From assembly GCA_905331295.1 (NCBI GenBank), contig CAJNYD010000005.1, positions 186,001 through 250,000 on the forward strand: a stretch of DNA of 64,000 nucleotides. Direction: 5' to 3'. The notes beneath the pieces are model-generated. The model did not search any database, had not been told where the DNA came from, and saw only the letters and a list, made by a program, of their open reading frames with translations. Position 1 is the stretch's first letter. Each line of letters opens with the position of its first letter. Of this stretch, positions 11,885-23,496 are shown piece after piece. The translations under genes and the position numbers were made by a program. Origin of the DNA: Rotaria socialis. Lineage: Eukaryota.

Positions 11885-13748
11885 TAGTAGTAAATAATCA
11901 AGAGCGCCAGTTTACACTTGGTTTCATTTACAGATTTATTATTGAAAACACTTGTGTAGTTAATTTCTTGAATTTAACTTAAATTCAAAGAGGGTTACAG
12001 TCTGTCTCATATTAATTATGATTTTTAGATCGAGTTTTAACTTTGAAAACACTAATTATGCTGCTCATGCTCTGTCATCTCATACAATAGTTTTGTAGAA
12101 CATCACGAAAAATATATCGGTGACATCAAATATATACTTAGACTGCCTCAACTATCGCACATCTGACGCATTATTAAAGTTTCGAAATTTTCTTCAAGTA
12201 TCTAAATATTTTTGAAATAGATTTTGTTCAATTAGTGATGCAACATTAATTGAATCAACAAAGGTTGTATATGCACCAAGAATGACAAAGAGCGAAAGAA
12301 AGATAGAAAGAAGCAGCATTGTCGATATCCATGTACAAAGACTGAACGAAAAGAAAATTATCACATACAATATAGCTACGTTCTTTTTACTTTGATCCAT
12401 TGTCGAAACAACTATTTGTTGAACTGAAAAATTTCTTTTCATTGATCGTGAGGCAAGTCTTTCTAACCTTTTCAAATATTTTTATCAAAATCTTTTATCA
12501 TATTCATTTTTTTTTCTTAATTCTCTCAAAACAAAAAAAAGAATGGAAGAAACTATTGAAAGAAAATAGTGCAAAGACCTAATAAGATAAATGCGATATG
12601 CTAAAGAAATATCTTAGTAAAAAAAAAGAACTTTTTTCAAGGAAAACAATGTATATGCGTCTAGGGGAATTTATCATTATAGAAGAATAAAATCCGATTC
12701 AGTAATAAATCATTCTTCGTAATTTATCTTTCAGTTCAACTTTTGCCCAAACTTGAGTTTACATATTTCATCTTACGTTGATGATAGATTATTTTAAATC
12801 AATAAAAGAACGAATGTTTGAGACCCAATAAAGTTGTTCATTGTGTAAAAATTAATTCTATTAAAAGCCTAGTTAATTATTAAAATAAAATTTCTTCAAT
12901 TGTCCTTTGTGCAATGTCATTTTTGGACAAGGAATTTTCCATTTTTCACATAACCTTAAAATAAAATAATAATATTTCTATTGCTATTGATAAAACAGGC
13001 AGTGTCTTTCTAAGTAACCTTGCCTTTTTTAAAATTAAAATACAGCTATTTCAAAACTTAATCATATTGGCTATTTTATTCTGTGCTTAATTTACGATGA
13101 AGTTAATCTAGTCAGAGTCGTTGGTTTTGATCGATGTTGTTCTTTTAAGGATAGAATAAAAAACAAAGACAAAAATTTAATTAAAAAATATACGATTGTC
13201 CAAGACGAGTGTTGTTTTAATTTGTTTCATCAGATAAGAGTAAATTGCGATCTTTTTTCTAATGACAATTTACTGAATAAATTCTAGAATGGCCGAATCT
13301 ATAGAAGTTCATTATGAAAGTATGGAAACACAAACAGATGAAATCAAGGCAACAACAAATGATCAGAACACAGCTCGTCCAAGATTATAGTAAGATATCA
13401 ATAGAGTAGAAGAATCTACATTACAATAATTAATTACATCAACTGGATAATTAAAAAAATCCTCAACCTAGCTAATATTTGTCAAAAAATTCAGAGATAT
13501 TGAAATACGTATATCTATATTATCTCTAAGACTACTAGGCTATGCTCTATCCAAAACCATTAAATAAATCGGCTGGACTGAGTGCATTATGAAATAAACT
13601 AGCTCAACACGACGGATTTGCAAAATTTAGTGAATTCAACTGTATAGCATACAAAAATTATCACAATTTAAGTTTAACAGAAATTGAGGATTCTACGTGG
13701 TAGACGTCAAAAAACATCACAGTGCAAGACGACAGGTCGTATGCTAAC

Positions 13749-13866
13749 CAGAGACGTGCACAGGACAAGATTTTTTGTCCTGTCCTCACCTGTCCTGCTG
13801 GCTACCTCGGTCCTGGCGGGCGGCAGGACAGGACAGCAGGACCGTCTTGTCCTGTGCACGTCTCTG
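13749..13866. mobile_element. MITE with 22-bp terminal inverted repeats (CAG termini, hAT-like)
   Basis: CAGAGACGTGCACAGGACAAGA ... TCTTGTCCTGTGCACGTCTCTG is a perfect inverted repeat, with internal CAGGA/TCCTG motifs. No clean TSD seen. Confidence 0.8.
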
Positions 13867-14769
13867 TTATCTATCCTTTCAAAGATACTTGGCGCATTAA
13901 TCATGGACCCCTAAAACCATTGAATACGGTTAGTTTTCCATCGATATAGTTCCAAAATAGTCCTAATACATACGGCAAATTTTGTTTTCCTATTTTCTCA
14001 TAATTGTTTCTTAAAAAGTAAAAGTACATAATTGCTTCCATTTCTCTGGCAGACTATGTTTAACTGAACTGAGACATTTATTTGTAGGTACTAGACACTG
14101 TTCAGAATGCCTATGCTTTTTAGTTTGAAAAATATTGCTCTGGTGATTTTTCGGTAAATTTGACAACAATAGCTCCAGCACAAAAACATATGATTTGCGA
14201 GTAGTCTCCAAATTTTGGTCTTTTTTTATTCGAATGAAAGGAGATAAAAGGAAATCGAAATAAGTATACAATCCAAAAAAATGCCTAGTGTATGTAAAAA
14301 TTATTTCAACTCTGTGGATTATATTGCGCCTGAGGAAACAGGACTATTAAAAGGCGATTGTTGACCTTTGCGACCTCAGTATCTCCAAGAAGGGATCATT
14401 TGAAAATTTTGAATCTAAGACAAATTTTTCTGATGAGCAGCTCTAGAAAACCTTGAGAGGGATGAATTAGAGGGGGTGTCATGTCTTGATTTTACTGATT
14501 GAAATGTAAGTGAAAGACGTGACTGTTCAAGTATTGATAAATGCCACAATGATAATGATGAGAAACGACACGATAAAGTAAATAAAAATGAAATGTGATT
14601 GAGAATTCACTAATTTATTTAATAGATTAGAAATCAAGGAAAGAGTGGGTACAACAAGGATAAATTGTAAGATTTTACAAGAGTTTCAGAAGAAGAATTT
14701 TGAGATTCAAGTAGAAGAAAAAGAGGAAGAGTTAATTGTAATAGAATCAACTGAATAAGAGCCAAAGTG

Positions 14770-16800
14770 CTACCATTTGGAATTAAGAAAAGACACGAAA
14801 AAAGCTATCATAAGATATGCTCATTTTAATTATGAAAAGGATCCAGATAATTATTATGAAAACTTCCTGTTACTTTATTTACCAATTCGGAGTTGAGAAG
14901 AATTTAAAAGGCCGTACCAATTGTTTTATGAACATGGTATAATATACGCTTTTTATCATAAATGTAAACGCCAAGTGAAACATATTGTATGTTACAATCG
15001 AAAAAATACAAAGCTCATTTTGATGTTTATAAAGAAATGGAATTGATTTTGATTGATCTATTAATAAAAGAAAAAGATTATGATTGTGCTGAAGTAGTGG
15101 CTAGCAAAGAGAAGAATCATATAACACAAGATGAAATAGAAAATGAAGAAATTATTGACTTTGGCTTGATTTGTAAAATAAAAGCTAATATAAATTTAAT
15201 TAATTTGAGAAAATATTTTTTTATCAAATGAGATGAAATCATTGTTAGAGTTAATGAATGAGGAACAACAGAAAGTATTTTATCGTGTTCGAGAATGATG
15301 TACAAAACGATCGCATGATTTCTATATCAGATATCACTTCGGCGATTTATCATCGGGAGACTTGGTATTAGTAAAAGTCATCTATTGAAATGTTTGCATT
15401 ATGAAGCGACAAAACTGTTTTCTATAAAAAAAAAACATTTAGAACCGAAAGAAAATATTGATGAAATTCATACTATATCACAGCACTCACAGGTGATGTA
15501 TCAGTCTATGTTGGTGGAGTAGCAATGTGTAACTTGTTTGGTTTGAATACGCAGCTGAGTCGTTTTTATGATAAATGTCTTGTAAAGGCTAAGTACATAT
15601 CACTACAAATCAGGATCTCTTAAACTATTGTTTATTGATGAACTGTTACTAATTCAAGAAAGTCTTTGAGATGCAATATACACACGACTCAATAAAATCA
15701 TGGATATTCATTCTTATACAGAGATTTTCGGTAACATTGGTATAGTGGCAATAGGTGATTTTTATCAGTGTGTTCCGGTTGTTTCTTCAAATATTTATAC
15801 ATCATTATTATGGTGTGATCATTTTGCTTTTTGTTGACTTAACAACTAATGAACGTCAAAAAAAGAATGGAAACTTTGCTGAAATGCTACATCATATTCG
15901 AAAGATTAAAAAATAAATTCCATGTTAAAAGAAGATCTAGATATTCTTGAAAGATGCCATCAACAACATCTTAATAAAGAATATTTTTCTGAAGTGTTAC
16001 ATCTATTCACAAAAAATACTGACATAGATGCACATAACGAAAAGATGATTGATCTAATCTGTGCTGATATTCATACACTTTTTGAAATTGATCGAAAACG
16101 AAAAAAAAAGTCTAAAACTAATAGATACGATAAATTACTGTTCAACCGACTACCAGTTGTTAAAACTGCTAGACATATGCTAACAAAAAATAGATATATT
16201 CATGATAATTTAGCAAACATTGTCACTGGTCCAATATTCGATTTTATTCAAAATAATGATTAATAAATCTCTCGAATAAAGTAGGTGATAATCGTAGAAG
16301 AATCTGTAGCGATTGTCAAAGAGTAGGAACTATTTGTGTTACACAAGCGAACGATTCTTTAGATGGAGAAAATTCAAACGCAATATTCATCACGTGTAAG
16401 TTGGACTTTAACTATGCATAAAGTACATGGGTTGACTGTGGACGAACTCAGGAGCGTAAATAGGGGAGGGGCGAGAGGGGCGTAACCCCCCCACCCCCTG
16501 CTTCCGAAAATTAGTAGGAAAAAAGCGGTTTACGCCCCCCTGCTTTTGAAAATTTCGTTTTGTTGCTTACCAGAACAGAAAAAAGTTTACGCCTCCTGCT
16601 TCCAAAAGTCATTTTTTAGATCATGAAAACAAAAAAATTAGAGTTACGCCCCTCCCCTGCTCTGAGACCTGACTTACGCCCCTGCATGATGAATTTGTTA
16701 TTAGTTCCGAAGATTTATTCAGCAGTGAAATGGAATATACAGCATTATCACTTGTTTGTACGGCCAAAGAATTATTTTTTATTAATATTCATTTTGATAC
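14770..16800 (+). mobile_element. Decayed Helitron/Helentron RepHel remnant (Pif1-type helicase pseudogene)
   Basis: Fragments with stops/frameshifts: KAIIRYAHFNYEKDPDNYYENFLLLYLP; FIIGRLGISKSHLL (degenerate Walker A); LLFIDE; FGNIGIVAIGDFYQCVPV; LTTNERQ; LHLFTKNTDIDAHN; SWTLTMHKVHGLTVDE; YTALSLV. Confidence 0.82.
16449..16684. mobile_element. MITE inserted in the Helitron helicase remnant
   Basis: TIRs CAGGAGCGTAAAT... / ...ACTTACGCCCCTG; internal TTACGCCCC repeats; GC-rich against the AT background. Confidence 0.75.
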
Positions 16801-17650
16801 ATTCTTTTACGATGAAAAATGAAGTCTATAGATAAAAAACAAGGGAAAAAAGCGTACTTCTGTATTTCTCGATACTTCTGCTCCCAAAACAGAACAAAAA
16901 TATTCTGCTATTAGAAAATTACTCGAAATGTTTCTGATTTAACAAAAACCTTAGCGATAGATATAACTTATCATAAAGCAATTACGGCAACAATCAATGA
17001 AACAGGTAATATTAATCGAACCAGTGGTTCTGTAACATGCCAGGATGATTTTGTGAATGCCTACACCAAGCGATAGTGTTTTTAGTTTACTGACTTCATT
17101 CGTTCAATCAAAAACTGTATCGTCAGCACCTCGACAATCATAGATTCCAAGTTATCATTATCAAGGCATTGATGTACAAGAGCAAGTATAAATTATGCAT
17201 ATGAACAAACGATTTCTATCTCACTCCTTTAGTTTCGTCTACTTGATGAACACACTGCATCATAGTCTACCAAAAAAGTTATCTACGTACGATTGAAACT
17301 TTTCCAAAGCACTTTATTCTTTAATTCATAAATAACTTTGTAAAAAAAGGTCAGTAGCTCTTTTTCACAACTGTTTTTCGGTAAGTTGGTGAGCCGTTTG
17401 AAAAACTTTTATAAAGGCCAACGATGATTGAAGAAAACTCTTTCTTGATAAAAAGACTGAATAGATGAGATGAATTGCAGCAAAATTATTCTTTCAAACA
17501 AAAATAGGAAGAACACCAACAAAGCGTAAACATTATATAATGTATAAAAAAGAAATACAAAAGAATGCATTTGTAGAAAATGAAAACAGAGAGCAGAATA
17601 ATAAACAGTTACACACTCATATGCAAAATAAGATAAGTAATCGTGTTCGT

Positions 17651-18271
17651 TCATGATAGCTCTTGCCAAGCTTTAGTGATATTATTTTTGTTTTTTGATT
17701 TATGAACAGGGACAATCTTACTGTCGTAAGACAGCATAGGCATACGCTCAAGACTAACCAACAAGTTATGCACACTGAGAATCCACAGTAATCCACCTGT
17801 CCAATGCAGAGTTAAATTTATATAGACATGATAACAGCTACTCCAATAAATACTTATTGTCATACCGATGACAGTAAGTATAACAGCTATCCATAAAGGA
17901 TAGATGATAATATGTGAACGATCTGCTTTTAATGAGAAAAGTTCTCGAACATGGTAGATCTGTAAAAAGAATGAGACTAATGGCAAAATTCGACTAGATA
18001 CAAGGTGACTATGACTGATACAATTTTGTGAATTTTCAGATTTGTTTGATAAAACAAAACAGCTACAATCATCATAAGGAAGATCACAATACAAATATGC
18101 GAAGCTGTGTGTCAGATTAAGCCTGCGCAAACTGATAATTGATTTTTCCACTTCCCCAAAAATAGTGTGAAGATGTAAATTGAGCCAGCCGATGGTGAAG
18201 ACCATACAACCGACAAAAAAGGCGCCCAATATGTGAAACGTGCTTAATGTGGTGCCAAATTGTATTTTCAT
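17651..18271 (-). CDS. Intronless hypothetical ~4-TM membrane protein, 206 aa
   Basis: Open 206-aa ORF with ATG, four hydrophobic stretches and a Cys-rich loop after TM1 (YCDLPYDDCSC...NC). No family recognised. Confidence 0.6.
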   Translation of the reverse strand: MKIQFGTTLSTFHILGAFFVGCMVFTIGWLNLHLHTIFGEVEKSIISLRRLNLTHSFAYLYCDLPYDDCSCFVLSNKSENSQNCISHSHLVSSRILPLVSFFLQIYHVRELFSLKADRSHIIIYPLWIAVILTVIGMTISIYWSSCYHVYINLTLHWTGGLLWILSVHNLLVSLERMPMLSYDSKIVPVHKSKNKNNITKAWQELS

Positions 18272-19038
18272 TGTGTTATAGATGTTGTTAACGATTATGT
18301 ATTTTTAAACTTATGAATTGTGATGTCTAAACAAATCTGAAGAGACAGGAAAATAAATGGATACAATTAATATTGCATAAAATGCTTTCCTATATCACTA
18401 AAAATCAAATTTGATTATTTCAATCAAGACAATAACTTACAAAAATTTACTCATTTCTAAATATTTTTTAAACTAGCTTTCAAATAGCCAATTCAATGGC
18501 AATTGTTATTGTCAATTACAAATGAATATGATTATATTTATTTGATTCAAACTTCAATCTACGACTTGTTGTGTACTTAGACACAATCTCGTGTTAAGCA
18601 AGAGATCAAATATAGGTAGAAGGTAATCAACATCGACCAAATTATCTGCCCCATAATACTCAACATGAACAGTAATTAATCAAGTTATATCAAAAAGTAA
18701 ATCTTCTACGTATGACATTGTTTGAAAATGTCGTCGTTGCAGGTTTTTAGAAAAACTAACAAATGCAGGAACAAAGATTTTTCAAAAAAATAGTTTTCCC
18801 ATCAATATTGTGTAAAATACACCATGTTAAAAAGCCTAGCATTGAAAACGATGCGAAAATATACTTTTATTTTATTCTGAATCAAATCAGTAACTTAAGA
18901 TAAGAGAAATTCCTTAGAAGTGACTAAAGCAAATCAGAGCATAAAAGACTGTATGATGCAGATCGCAAACAAAATGCACCAATGAGTAATACTCATTGAA
19001 TATTGGCAGGACTGTGATAAGCAAAAAAGAAGCATATA

Positions 19039-19155
19039 CCCAGGTCGAACATTACGATGATCTGATACGATCGTTTATGGCATGATGCAAAACGACCGTA
19101 ATACGGTGCATACCAAACCAAACGGCCGTGTACAACGCAAGTTGATCGACCTGGG
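19039..19155. mobile_element. Non-autonomous CCCAGG-terminated element (CMC/EnSpm-like or TA-target MITE)
   Basis: TA-CCCAGGTCGA ... TCGACCTGGG-TA. Confidence 0.8.
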
Positions 19156-19392
19156 TAACTTGGCCAATGTATGAGTAATTGTATACAAAAATGATAGATG
19201 CCGTTGTCATCAAGATATATGTGAATACTTAGGTCAATTGAAGTGAGTACAACATGTAAGTCTAAGAAATGTTGCTCACTTAAGCTAAAGATAGTGAACC
19301 AATGAAATTACGAATCCTCGTTTTGCCATCATCCAATCATCGCTCTCTATCTCTATATCAATGGAATGAAACAGGCATTGTGAATTCATATA

Positions 19393-20294
19393 CCCAGGAG
19401 AATGATTCCGATAGTAAGATCCTATCGGATTGGTGTCAAAACCTTACCGGATATAGTATGGATTTCATTATACCGAACGTTAGGGAAGTTAGCACAAAAT
19501 TCGAGTTCTTCCAACCCGGTTTCGCCTATATGGTTGTGTTGGATGCAGAATTTTGCGCTGAATCGAATGGTGTAATTTTTAAAGAGGGTTGCCGATCAAA
19601 ATCTGGCACTTTACCTGGAAATACTGCTTTTTCTGAAAATCTTGTAGAAGTAATTCCAGCCCGGATTCNGGGGAGAGGACTTGGGTGAGACCAGAAATTT
19701 TTTGATTGATGACCCCATACAAGTTTAGCATCATTCGATGCAGAATTTCATTCTGAATTCAACACAACCATTTTCAGATTCAACACAGCTAAAGCAGCGA
19801 ATCCGGGCTGGAATTACTTCTACAAGATTTTCAGAAAAAGCAGTACTTCCAGGTAAAGTGCCAGATTTTGATCGGCAACCCCCTTTAAAAATTACGCCAT
19901 TCGATTCAGCGCAAAATTCTGCATCCAACACAACGAAAATGAAATTCAACACAACCATACAGGCGAAACCGGGCTGGAAAAACTCGAATCTTGTGCTAAC
20001 TTCCCCAACGTTTATACCGATGAAATCCTATCGGTAGTCGGATGTGTGACCTACAATTGGAACCCTAGTGTTGGAATCCGATAGATTCCACTGTCTGAAT
20101 TTAACGGAATCCAACACAAGCATTCGACCCATGTGTTTTGTTGGCACTATACCCTCATTGATTGATGATTAAGAAAACGTTTTTTTCCGTCGGATCCGTT
20201 AGTAGGTCCGTGACCAGGAATCTGATTGGATTTTGTCGGCTTGTCAAATCCCATGAGTTCCGTTAGGATTCGCTGTGGGATTCATTCACCTGGG
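19393..20294. mobile_element. Non-autonomous CCCAGG-terminated element hosting a nested insertion
   Basis: TA-CCCAGGAGAATGA ... TCATTCACCTGGG-TA, with many TCCGA/TCGGA subterminal motifs. Confidence 0.75.
19477..20011. mobile_element. Mutator-like (MULE/foldback) element with ~190-bp TIRs and 9-bp TSD; contains an N at 19669
   Basis: Arms 19477-19668 and about 19799-20011 are inverted copies. TTATACCGA is duplicated at 19468-19476 and 20012-20020. Confidence 0.82.
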
Positions 20295-20473
20295 TATCGT
20301 TTGGATTGATGATTCTTCAGCGGCAATAATTTAGAAATTAAAGAGTAGAACTGCTACAAATATCATGTTAGATTTTTATCAAAAATCAATGAATAATTTA
20401 TTCGGACTTTCGATCAGATACATTTATCATCATCAGGAATACAGAAAAGTGAAAAAATTACAATAATATACAG

Positions 20474-20967
20474 CCCATGTTGCGAATACCGGATCACTTT
20501 TTGCGGTAAACTGTGGTATTTATCCTTCCTGCGGTAAATTACACTGATATGGAAGCCGGTAACCGCACCGGTAAAACCTGCGATTTTTTTGTGCATGTTT
20601 ATCACATGTAAAACTGAAAAAAGGGTGTTTAAAATAAACTTAATTGATGATTTGGAACACTTTTTTTGTCCAAGATTATGGACGAACCGGTTTACCGAGG
20701 TAAATTCGGATAAACTTTCCCTGATGGCAGCTTGTAAGCGGACCGGTAAAACCGCGGTTAACCGCCGATTTTCATGCGGTTTTTATGACATGCTCAAGAA
20801 AAACATTCCGACCGTCGGAACGGGCATCTAAAAAGGCCTGAAACGACTATAAAACGGTATAATAAGGCATTAATTTTCACCGTATTTCGCCGTAATCCGT
20901 CAGCTCGTTCTACGGACCGTTTTATAGCCGTTTCAGGGCGTTTACGCACCGTTTTTTTGGACATGGG
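20474..20967. mobile_element. CCCATG...CATGGG element (possibly composite) rich in ACCGGT/ACCG subterminal motifs
   Basis: Termini CCCATGT (20474) and ACATGGG (20967); repeated ACCG/CGGT motifs; TSD not matched. Confidence 0.55.
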
Positions 20968-21513
20968 TGGGAAGGAATAAAAACAAAAATGATTAGATGA
21001 TCAATGGAAGTAATTGATCTTGATTGAGTTTGTAGCAATTCTTTGATAGATGCAGTGACTCAATGTTTCAGTGAACACCGATGTTGGTGTGGTCAATGTT
21101 CCGAACTTCAGTGCTTCAGTGAGCACTGATTGAATTTTTCGGTATTCCCAGTGAGGTCGGTGTCAGTGAAGTCAGTGTGCAGTGACGCCGATGGCAGTGC
21201 AGTCAGTGCTACAGTGACCACAGTGTCGGTATAGTCGGTGGTAAGTAAACCGGGTGTGGGCGTGACGCTCGCCTGCTTTAGGAATTTACTGATATCGCGC
21301 CCCTTCCCACTTTGAGAGATACAAAATACTGATACTACGAAATCTTAGTGATTTAACAACGTGTAAGAATATGATAGCGAAAATCTTCTAAATAAATGCT
21401 TTTTCATTTCATTTTGTTCTTTGTCTCACAAAAATATTGATGTGAAAGCATTTGCGTCCCCCTTCTCCTGCTGCTGTTGGTGGTTCCGTATGCTTCTAGT
21501 GTCAATCATCATA

Positions 21514-21830
21514 CCCAGGAGATTCAATCCGACCAGTGGATCCGATCGTTTCCGGCACCGGATCCTATGGATTCCGTTGCTTTTCGGTCGACTCCGTTGA
21601 ATTCCGGCGATTTCCTAACTAACGGATCCCGGTCCGGGTTCCGCCGGAAAAATTCCGTTAAGTTCCGCAAAATTTCGACCCGGAATTCATCGGAAATCGA
21701 CGGAACCGATGGGAATCGATCGGAAATGGTCCGACGAAATCTGGACCGGAATCCGTTAGTTAGGAAATCGTCGGAATTCAGCGGAACTGATCGGTTCCGA
21801 CCGATTCCGACGTACCCTGATTCTCCTGGG
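21514..21830. mobile_element. Non-autonomous CCCAGG-terminated palindromic element
   Basis: TA-CCCAGGAGA ... TCTCCTGGG-TA; internal inverted repeat gaattccggcgatttcctaactaacggat / atccgttagttaggaaatcgtcggaattc. Confidence 0.82.
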
Positions 21831-23496
21831 TAACCACGTAATAATCCATATGGAACAGCATTGTATCCATCACCACATTGCAACATTTTACTAAAACATT
21901 TATTAGGTATTCGAATAGATTCTTGTCATGTTATGAACTTTGACTACGGTAAACGATGTCTTTTAATACAAAGAGATGACATTCTATAATCTTTTTTATT
22001 CAATTATGCCTCATATAAACAATAAAGAATTAAATAATGTTGAAGATTGTATTTCATAAATAATTATTTAGATTCTTCAAGAAGTCGAAACTTTCGTACA
22101 GATTCGTTTTTCTGGCACGATTTTCACTTAATAATAGCAAAAATCTTAAACAAAAACAGTCGAATAATTAAAATTATTGATTAAAAAGGGCGGGGACTGT
22201 TTTGGTGCGATTTCAGTCCAACTGAAAAGTTATGGTACTCCCTCATGAAATTTTCACTAATTGTAGAGCTCGGCGCTACTAGCTATTCCCACAAGTTTCA
22301 GCTTGGTTGGTTAAAATTTAATCTTGATTTCAAAGTTAGCCATGTACGCTATATTGGAACTTGGAAGGGTCAAAGAGTACCTCATTTTAGGAATGCTATG
22401 CCATAATTGAAGAAATTATTTAATAACGATTTGATAGAGAGTTTAGTTCTCCACAAAACTATAGAAATAACTGTAACTAAAGTTGATGAGCAGTTTATTA
22501 AAATTTTCGAATACTGCCAGACCAGAGGTCTCACTTAGTCAGACCTGGCTGACAAAAAGCAGTCCATGGACTATATACCTTGGCCCGGCCCAACCCATGA
22601 ACCACTCATATAATTGTAACTTTTTCGAACAGATACTTTGCCTGGCATGCTAGTGGAAGTAATTTATTTTCATTATCTATTCGTTTATTTCGTAAGGTAG
22701 ATTGCAACCTACTATGAATAATGAATAACTCCAAAGCGCTATGGACTTGAGAAATTATTTTATCTTTGTTACGAAATCCTACTCCAATTCCAATTCCAAG
22801 GCAGAGATTCGTTTTCCTGTGACTTTGATTCTAACTGTGGGAAACTGCGAAATCTTTTAACTATTCCATCGTACGATTAAACATTTTGAGCAAAATAAAG
22901 TCGCATTAAACACCTTAAAATGTATAAATCTTATCGAAAAAATTATTTTTTTGTTGAAGAAAAGTAAGTGTTCGTGTTATCACCTTCAGAGTTGTTGCTT
23001 GCTTTTCTAAACATCATACATTGTAGAGTGCACAAGAAAAAATATTTTTTATACCTAAAGAAGTGTTTTTTTATTGATTTCAAAAGTCTGAGACGTTTCT
23101 CATCGAAACAACTTAGAAATAATGTTGAAAACAGTTGTACCAATATAAATCACATTGTTACCCATTTGACTAATGTCTTTAAGTCAGTGTTTCAATAGAT
23201 CCTTTGAGTATGAATATCAGGATTGTCAGATCAAAAACTTGAACTTGAGAATATTTTTACAAACTCAGAAAAATTCAGAAAAAGCAATATATGATTAATT
23301 ATTGTTCATTATTTTTTAACAAGGTTGTAGGACATCCTTTACTGGGTCTTTTCAAGTGGTCTAACCTTTATGTTTATACATATTTAACTGGAGAAGAAAC
23401 AAATTGCAATTCACGCCCACACCCACACCCACACCCTAGAGGAAGCTGAAAAACAAAATCAAGAATAGAAAAAATATTGTCTCAAACATGAATCCA

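Noticed and set aside
12194..12475. Hydrophobic 93-aa minus-strand ORF
   Set aside because: Could be a small membrane protein, but T-rich DNA yields such ORFs by chance and no motif or splice support was found.
13684..13949. Overlapping ORFs on both strands
   Set aside because: Produced by the GC-rich palindromic MITE at 13749-13866.
17409..17669. 86-aa hydrophobic ORF after the 206-aa gene
   Set aside because: Overlaps the upstream stop in another frame and reads like T-rich 3' UTR.
19302..20037. ORFs sharing VVLDAEFCAESNGVIFK peptides on opposite strands
   Set aside because: Translation of the two arms of an inverted repeat, not a gene duplication.
21052..21830. Possible CRISPR-like repeat-spacer array
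   Set aside because: Motifs are 5-7 bp with irregular spacing, there are no constant 25-45 bp repeats and no cas genes, and the context is eukaryotic.
21477..21886. 118/120-aa ORFs on both strands
   Set aside because: They coincide with the palindromic CCCAGG element.
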